Origin: Clostridiales bacterium
GTDB lineage: Bacteria; Bacillota; Clostridia; Christensenellales; CAG-138
Reading direction: 5' to 3'
Assembly (NCBI GenBank): GCA_031270585.1
Contig: JAISXK010000029.1
Location: forward strand, 1-38,914
DNA length: 38,914 nucleotides
Positions within the stretch are counted from its first letter, which is position 1; each line of letters begins with the position of its first letter. Below the pieces are notes generated by a model. It searched no databases. It had not been told where the DNA came from and saw only the letters and a program-made list of their open reading frames with translations. The translations under genes were made by a program, and so were the position numbers. Below, one piece after another: positions 33,862-38,914 of this stretch.

Positions 33862-34803
33862 GTGGTCGCCAGCATTGTTTTTCAGCAATTGTTGATATTG
33901 TTCGGCATTATGTTCGCGGGCCTGTTTCTATCCAAAAAAGGTATCATCGATGAGCGCGTGTGCAAGGGGCTTACCGATTTGCTGACCTACGCCATGCAGC
34001 CGGCCTTCCTGCTGGGGGCGTTGCAGCAACCCCGCACGCCAAAAAACACCGCCATACTGCTTACGGGCATGGGCGGCATGTTTTTTTTGGTTGTGTTGGG
34101 CATGCTGCTGGCGTTTTTATTGTGCAAGCTATTAAAGGTGCGGCGATACGAGGCGTATGTATGGATGTGCCTGACGGGGCTTTCCAATCTTATATATGTC
34201 GGCAAGCCCATTGTGGAGGCGCTTTACGGCGGCGAATCGCTCTTTGTGTTATCCGCCGCCGCCATCACCTTTAACATTGCCGGCTTTACGGTGTGTGTGC
34301 TGATGGTGACATCCGGCGCAGAAATGGGCCGCCCCAAGGGGTTTCGCGCGTATGCGGGCAGGCTCTTAAACCCCACCGCGATCGCGGGTATACTGGCCGT
34401 TTCCCTGTATTTTTTGGATATACAGTTTCCCTTGCCCGTCGCCGGCCTGTTTCATATGATGTCCTCGCCGCTCACGCCGCTGAGCATGCTGATCATAGGT
34501 TTCTCGCTTTCGCGCGTGCGTTTCAAAGAGTTGCTGACGGATTGGAAGCCCTACGCTTTAACGGTTTTGCGGCTCTTCGTCTGCCCCATACTCGCATACC
34601 TCATGATGCGCGAAATCGTGCACGACCGCTTTATACTTACCATATTGTTTGTGGGAGCCGCCATGCCCGCCGGCGCCATAACGGGCGTCATCTGCGAGCA
34701 ATGCGGCAGCCCCTACCGCGCGTTTGCCTCCAAGAGCATTGTGATAAGCACGCTGTTTTGCCTTATCAGCGTGCCGCTTCTCATGCGTTTATTGGGGATA
34801 TAG
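33862..34803 (+). CDS. AEC (auxin efflux carrier) family transporter
   Basis: 313 aa and polytopic, with a GTG start 8 nt after AAGGAG. The Mem_trans-like profile shows two hydrophobic halves. Confidence 0.75.
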   Translation: MVASIVFQQLLILFGIMFAGLFLSKKGIIDERVCKGLTDLLTYAMQPAFLLGALQQPRTPKNTAILLTGMGGMFFLVVLGMLLAFLLCKLLKVRRYEAYVWMCLTGLSNLIYVGKPIVEALYGGESLFVLSAAAITFNIAGFTVCVLMVTSGAEMGRPKGFRAYAGRLLNPTAIAGILAVSLYFLDIQFPLPVAGLFHMMSSPLTPLSMLIIGFSLSRVRFKELLTDWKPYALTVLRLFVCPILAYLMMREIVHDRFILTILFVGAAMPAGAITGVICEQCGSPYRAFASKSIVISTLFCLISVPLLMRLLGI

Positions 34804-34815
34804 CGATGGATCGGT

Positions 34816-35002
34816 AAGCATAGTACGTCAATCTTAGAACCCGTATTCACAAGGGACAAAGTGCTATAATTGCGGCATGAGAGAATATAAAAAGCGCGAG
34901 TTGACGTATCCGAGCGACTTGACAGATGAGCAATGGGCAGAGATAGAGCCGATGTATTCGGGAATGCGGGAGTACAGATGGCCAAAGCGGGAACGTGATT
35001 GA
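34816..35002 (+). mobile_element. IS5-family insertion sequence remnant: terminal-repeat-like motif plus a 41-codon transposase N-terminal stub
   Basis: AAGCATAGTACGTCA (34816-34830) is a 1-mismatch copy of the 15-nt motif. TATAAT lies at 34865-34870. The ORF 34877..35002 reads MREYKKRELTYPSDLTDEQWAEIEPMYSGMREYRWPKRERD*. The YPSDLTDEQW..IEP signature matches the N-terminus (DUF4096 region) of IS5-family transposases. No DDE domain follows. Confidence 0.6.
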
Positions 35003-35027
35003 GATTTGCCCGCGAGAAGGGTATAAT
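34999..35027 (+). promoter_or_regulatory. Near-consensus promoter in front of the PIN-like fragment
   Basis: TTGAGA (34999-35004), a 17-nt spacer, then TATAAT (35022-35027). Confidence 0.5.
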
Positions 35028-35049
35028 AATGGTGGAAGGATGGTTGCCC

Positions 35050-35280
35050 ATGAAGATATATTTGGATAACTGCTGTCTGAACCGCCCATTCGATGATTTA
35101 AATAATGATATGGTGCGAATGGAAGCCGAAGCGGTCATGTCGATTATTGACAGATGTGAGCGTGGTGAGGATGTTCTTGCCAGCAGCGATGTATTGTTTG
35201 ATGAAATTGACAGCAATCCCAACCTTGCAAGAAAGCAAAAAGTGCTTGTGTTGTACCAGTCAGCGAAAGCACATATATAA
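35050..35280 (+). pseudogene. Truncated PIN-like (toxin-type) gene, N-terminal half only
   Basis: 76 codons reading MKIYLDNCCLNRPFDD...EAEAV..II...E.GE..L..S.VL..EI. The beta1-Asp start is typical of PIN-domain proteins. The ORF stops where the second half, with the remaining acidic residues, should begin, and only 42 nt separate it from the next gene. A GGAAGGA SD precedes the start. Confidence 0.45.
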
Positions 35281-35322
35281 AAATAATGAATCCATTGGTA
35301 TGGCTGACGGAGGTGTTATATA

Positions 35323-35532
35323 ATGAACGCTAACTTGAATACAATTCGTGAAGAAGGTTTCCGTGTGCTGGTGAATGGGCTGGGTACAACGGGAACGGTG
35401 ACATTTCTGCGCCAGTTCGATAGCGGCAGTGGCAACTATACCGAAGAACGCGAAAAGTTGTTTGAAGGCGTGACGATTGATGAAATCGCTGACCGCATCC
35501 AAAAGCGCAAGGCACAGGGCAACAAGCCGTAA
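35323..35532 (+). CDS. Small (69-aa) protein, possible antitoxin-like partner of the PIN-like gene
   Basis: A GGAGG SD lies 8 nt upstream. The protein MNANLNTIREEGFRVLVNGLGTTGTVTFLRQFDSGSGNYTEEREKLF... resembles small proteins I recall next to this PIN-like family. I can make no firm family assignment. Confidence 0.45.
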   Translation: MNANLNTIREEGFRVLVNGLGTTGTVTFLRQFDSGSGNYTEEREKLFEGVTIDEIADRIQKRKAQGNKP

Positions 35533-35592
35533 GTTCTTGTGAATTGCCCGTTTTACACAATAGGAGGAAATGTGGCGGTAACAGTATTGGCA

Positions 35593-35625
35593 AAGCAGGG
35601 GTATATGCCGCCCCTGCTTTTGCTT
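35593..35625 (+). terminator. Rho-independent terminator
   Basis: AAGCAGGGG (35593-35601) pairs with CCCCTGCTT (35611-35619). The hairpin is followed by TTGCTTGTT. Confidence 0.6.
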
Positions 35626-35657
35626 GTTGGTGCAACCGCCTCAATAAGACAAAGCCC

Positions 35658-35686
35658 GGGCTGTATCGATACAGCCCCTTTCATTT
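35658..35686 (+). terminator. Second hairpin/terminator
   Basis: The perfect 20-nt palindrome GGGCTGTATCGATACAGCCC (35658-35677) is followed by CTTTCATTT. Confidence 0.5.
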
Positions 35687-35781
35687 ACAACGCGCTCATC
35701 TATCATATAAAAGCATAAAACCGGGTATACTTCCATACATCGCACCCTTTGGGGCGGATATGGATAACGAGGGATGAATGT

Positions 35782-36789
35782 ATGCGTTTTAGTCTTTTTG
35801 GCCGCGATGTCGGCATCGATATTGGCACGGTAAACACGTTGATCGCGCGCCGCGACAGCGGCATTGTGCTGCGCGAGAGCACCGCCGTTGCGCTCGACCG
35901 TGAAAAAAGGCTGGTGGCCGTGGGAGAGGAAGCCTACCATATGCTGGGCCGCACGCCGGGCGACGTGCGGGTGATGCATCCCCTGCAGGATGGGGTGGTG
36001 GTGGATTTTCAGCTTTGCGAGGCCATGCTGCGCCATTTTTTATTGCAGGCGGCGGGGCACCCCGCCGGGCGCTTTGGCGCGCGCGCGGTGCTGTGCGTGC
36101 CCGGCTGCGTAACGAAAGTGGAAAAACGGGCGTTGGAGGACGCAGCGCGAAACGCCGGCGCGCGCGCCGCGTTTATGCTGGATGAACCGGTAGCCGCCGC
36201 GCTTGGCGCGGGGCTGCCCGTGGAGGAACCTTTGGGCACGCTGGTTGTGGATATCGGCGGCGGCACGACCGACGCCGCCGTGATAGCGCTTGGCGGCATT
36301 GTCGTCAAGCGCTCGATACGCGCGGGCGGCACGCATATAGACGCCGCCATCATGCAGCACGTGCGCCGGACATATGGCATCGTAATAGGCGCGCGCACGG
36401 CGGAATTGATCAAAATCGGTATGGGTTCGGCGCTGCCCGCAGGCTTTGGCAGCATGCAGGTGCGCGGCAGGGATATGGGCACCGGATTGCCCTGCACGCT
36501 CAACGTGAGCGCCATGGAGGTTTACCGCGCCATACAGCCGCAGGTGCGCGCCATACTGGGCTGCGTGCGCGAGGTGCTTTCGCTCACCCCGCCCGAGCTT
36601 GCGGGCGATATTTATGAGCGGGGTATGTGGCTTACGGGCGGAGGCGCGCTTTTAAACGGCGTCGCGGATCTGTTTGCGTCCGTTACCGGCATCAGCACAT
36701 ATATCGCCGAGCGGCCGCTTGACTGCGTGGCCGAAGGCGCGCGGCGCGCGGTTGAAAATATTGCCTTCTACCGGGAAAGGGCCGTATAG
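35782..36789 (+). CDS. mreB: Rod shape-determining protein MreB
   Basis: MRFSLFGRDVGIDIGTVNTLI...LDEPVAAALGAG...VVDIGGGTTD... carries the actin-fold motifs. A GAGGGA SD favours the ATG at 35782; the track ORF starts at 35749. Confidence 0.9.
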   Translation: MRFSLFGRDVGIDIGTVNTLIARRDSGIVLRESTAVALDREKRLVAVGEEAYHMLGRTPGDVRVMHPLQDGVVVDFQLCEAMLRHFLLQAAGHPAGRFGARAVLCVPGCVTKVEKRALEDAARNAGARAAFMLDEPVAAALGAGLPVEEPLGTLVVDIGGGTTDAAVIALGGIVVKRSIRAGGTHIDAAIMQHVRRTYGIVIGARTAELIKIGMGSALPAGFGSMQVRGRDMGTGLPCTLNVSAMEVYRAIQPQVRAILGCVREVLSLTPPELAGDIYERGMWLTGGGALLNGVADLFASVTGISTYIAERPLDCVAEGARRAVENIAFYRERAV

Positions 36790-36898
36790 CGCGGCGCTTT
36801 TACAGCTTTTATGACAACCTTGTAAACGTTTCGCTTCCTGTATCGCGGAGCATACCGCTTATGCTATAATTAAAACAGGTTTACACGATTTTTACGCT

Positions 36899-37765
36899 GT
36901 GCCGGATACGGAGGCGCCGTTGCGGAATATACTGAAAAACAGGCCGTTGATGATCGCGCTCATCGCCATATTTTTATTGCTTATTTTGGCGTTGGCCCCT
37001 TCGGGCGACCGCGTGCTTACGTTTATCGAAACCGCGGCCGGCGGCATATTGCAGCCCGCGCAGACATTCGCCACCAACGCGTCCAACGCTATTATCGACT
37101 TTATCAGGGGCGTGTTCAACACGACAGACGCCGATATTGAAAACCAGGGGCTCAAGGCGCAGTTGGCGCAGCTTGAGCAGGCCGTAACCGAAATGGAAGC
37201 GCTGCGCAAGGAAAACGAGCGGCTGAAAGCATTGCTGGATTTTACCGAAGCCACGCCCGAACTCAGCTATGTTACCGCCACCATCATCGCGCGAAACTCC
37301 ACCGTGTGGTACGACACGTTTACGCTTAACGTGGGCCGCGCGCAGGGCGTTAAAAGGAATATGGCGGTCGTCAGCGGCAAGGGGCTTGTAGGCCGCGTAA
37401 GCCAGATTGGCGCGACATATTGCAAGGTCATAGCCATCATAGATAAGAGCATGAGCGTCAGCGTAATGGTAGACCGCACACGCGACGGCGGCATGGCGCG
37501 CGGCTTGCTTGAAATAGGCAACGACGTGGATACCATGGAGCTTTATTATCTGCCCAGCGACAGCGACCTTGTGCCGGGCGATAAAATCGTAACAAGCGGC
37601 GTGGGCGGTATTTACCCAAAGGGCATCAGCGTGGGCGAGGTGCGCGAAGTAAGCCGCGACGGCGCCACAGAACGCAACGCCACCATTACCCCCACCGTAG
37701 ATTTCAGGCGGCTCGAAGAAGTGATGGTGATCGTGGGCATGCCGACGGAGGATACGGATGAATAA
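36899..37765 (+). CDS. mreC: Rod shape-determining protein MreC
   Basis: An N-terminal TM segment is followed by the coiled-coil ENQGLKAQLAQLEQAVTEMEALRKENERLKALL. The beta-barrel region contains GKGLVGRV and VTSGVGGIYPKGI.VG.V. The start is uncertain; a TTG at 36923 after GGAGG is plausible. Confidence 0.85.
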   Translation: MPDTEAPLRNILKNRPLMIALIAIFLLLILALAPSGDRVLTFIETAAGGILQPAQTFATNASNAIIDFIRGVFNTTDADIENQGLKAQLAQLEQAVTEMEALRKENERLKALLDFTEATPELSYVTATIIARNSTVWYDTFTLNVGRAQGVKRNMAVVSGKGLVGRVSQIGATYCKVIAIIDKSMSVSVMVDRTRDGGMARGLLEIGNDVDTMELYYLPSDSDLVPGDKIVTSGVGGIYPKGISVGEVREVSRDGATERNATITPTVDFRRLEEVMVIVGMPTEDTDE

Positions 37766-38273
37766 AAAGATCATTTTCGCCGTAAGCGCCGCTGTATGTT
37801 TGTATCTTGATTCCATACTCTTTGCGCGCTTATTCACGTTCGATATACTGCCAAGCGCGCTGTTGGCGGCCACCGTTTCGCTTTCCATATTGAACGGCCC
37901 AAGGCCCGGCGCGCTGTTTGGCGGCATAACGGGGCTGCTGCTCGATATGCTGGCGAATACGCGCCTGGGCTTTTCTGCCGCGATGTTTGTGGGTGCGGGC
38001 CTTGCTGCGGGGTTTTTTCAAAAAAAATATTATGCCGACAATATCGTCGTTCCGGCTCTCACGGCGTCCGTGCTGTTTTTTATAAAGGAGCTTATCATGG
38101 CGGCGGCCGCTTCTATCGGCGGCGGACGTTTTTCTATAGCGGCGGTGTTGCTGCGCTCCATACTGCCCGGCGCCGTATGCTGCGGCGCGCTGTGCGCGTT
38201 GTTTCACCTTGTGCTCAAGCCCCTGATGGCAAGGCAGGTGAAACGAAGGCGGGCGGAAAAGCCGGCGCGTTAA
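37758..38273 (+). CDS. mreD: Rod shape-determining protein MreD
   Basis: 171-aa polytopic membrane protein. It overlaps the mreC stop by 8 nt and sits in the canonical position. Confidence 0.7.
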   Translation: MNKKIIFAVSAAVCLYLDSILFARLFTFDILPSALLAATVSLSILNGPRPGALFGGITGLLLDMLANTRLGFSAAMFVGAGLAAGFFQKKYYADNIVVPALTASVLFFIKELIMAAAASIGGGRFSIAAVLLRSILPGAVCCGALCALFHLVLKPLMARQVKRRRAEKPAR

Positions 38274-38312
38274 GAACCTTATCACATACCCCTTTCAGAA
38301 AGGAGATTGCCC

Positions 38313-38914
38313 ATGAAAACAAAACCGCGTTTTCGCTTTATTATACTCGGTACGCTCATGCTTGGCATGATGGGTTTGCTCATCTGGCAGCTTGGCAACA
38401 TCACGCTTGCCGAAGGCGATTATTATGCCGAAAAGGCCGAGAGCCGCCGCACCACTACCATATACACCACCGGCGCGCGCGGCAGGATACTCGACCGCAA
38501 CGGCATACCGCTGGCCTATGATGAAACGAGCTTTAACGTGCAGTTTACGCGCAACCCCGAAAAGCTTTCCGACGCGGACAGCGCCATCTACACCGAAACC
38601 CTGATGACCGCCATATCCATCATAGAAGAGGGCGGCGGCACGACCATAGACAGCTGCTATATCAAGCAGGATGAAGAGAGCCCCGGCAGCTACCGCTATG
38701 ACTGGGGTGTTACGCTTGCGGACTCGCAGGAGGCGCGCTTTCGCAATTTCTGCCTGAATATGGGGCTGCGCATGGGCAACGAGAATGACATGAGCACCTG
38801 GATTACCGCAGACGACGCCTATAAAATATTGCGTAAATCCTGGCACATCCCGGATGAAATGCCCTACGAGGAGGCCGTTAAGATCATGTCCATCCGGCAG
38901 GAACTCAACATGAA
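38313..38914 (+). CDS. mrdA: Penicillin-binding protein 2 (elongation transpeptidase), N-terminal part; runs off the window
   Basis: This ORF is absent from the ORF track because it has no stop inside the window. An AAGGAG SD precedes the ATG at 38313. The sequence MKTKPRFRFIILGTLMLGMMGLLIWQL is a TM anchor, followed by ...TTGARGRILDRNGIPLAYDE, the PBP dimerisation-domain motif RG.I.DRNG..LA. The frame stays open for 200 codons to the end of the window. Confidence 0.85.
   Translation, partial: MKTKPRFRFIILGTLMLGMMGLLIWQLGNITLAEGDYYAEKAESRRTTTIYTTGARGRILDRNGIPLAYDETSFNVQFTRNPEKLSDADSAIYTETLMTAISIIEEGGGTTIDSCYIKQDEESPGSYRYDWGVTLADSQEARFRNFCLNMGLRMGNENDMSTWITADDAYKILRKSWHIPDEMPYEEAVKIMSIRQELNM

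Noticed and set aside
36974-37927. 317-aa minus-strand ORF
   Set aside because: It is antisense to mreC/mreD, which occupy their canonical order after mreB. It is a shadow ORF.
1-38914. Window-wide look for rRNA, tRNA, CRISPR arrays, integrases and prophage blocks
   Set aside because: I recognised none. The intergenic regions are short, or are accounted for by promoters, the T-box leader, terminators and the repeat family. tRNAscan and Infernal would be the definitive check.

Overview
This 38.9-kb window is a chromosomal segment from a G+C-rich, Clostridia-like bacterium. Taxonomic hints are a T-box leader, ptb-buk, a type III glutamine synthetase, a membrane pyrophosphatase and mreBCD-mrdA. 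About 31 real genes are supported.

Most are housekeeping. A T-box(Asn)-controlled asnB-glnN-pyrG run sits at 6.3-11.9 kb. The others are ahcY-mtaD (SAH/MTA recycling), cobQ, hppA, a serA-DUF1015-aspartate kinase operon, murI, ptb-buk, a cyclic amidohydrolase, an AEC transporter and mreB-mreC-mreD-PBP2 (PBP2 is cut by the window end).

Several stretches deserve a second look:
1. A compact ExbB/ExbD-like ion-motor trio with no obvious partner (21.4-23.1 kb).
2. Two diverged paralogous cassettes, each a MerR/GyrI-like regulator followed by a lipoprotein FMN-bind + FAD reductase carrying the ApbE flavinylation motif. The regulator of the first cassette is frameshifted.
3. An AT-rich left end encoding an acyltransferase-3 protein plus a 683-aa fusion protein with a CitC-type adenylyltransferase C-terminus.
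4. A 15-nt motif family (AAGCATAGTACGCCA) scattered through intergenic regions. One copy sits directly upstream of an IS5-family transposase stub and a truncated PIN-like gene with a small partner gene.

I found no rRNA, tRNA or CRISPR array. The many long ORFs antisense to real genes are G+C-driven shadow ORFs. All family assignments come from motif recognition by eye, and no searches were run.
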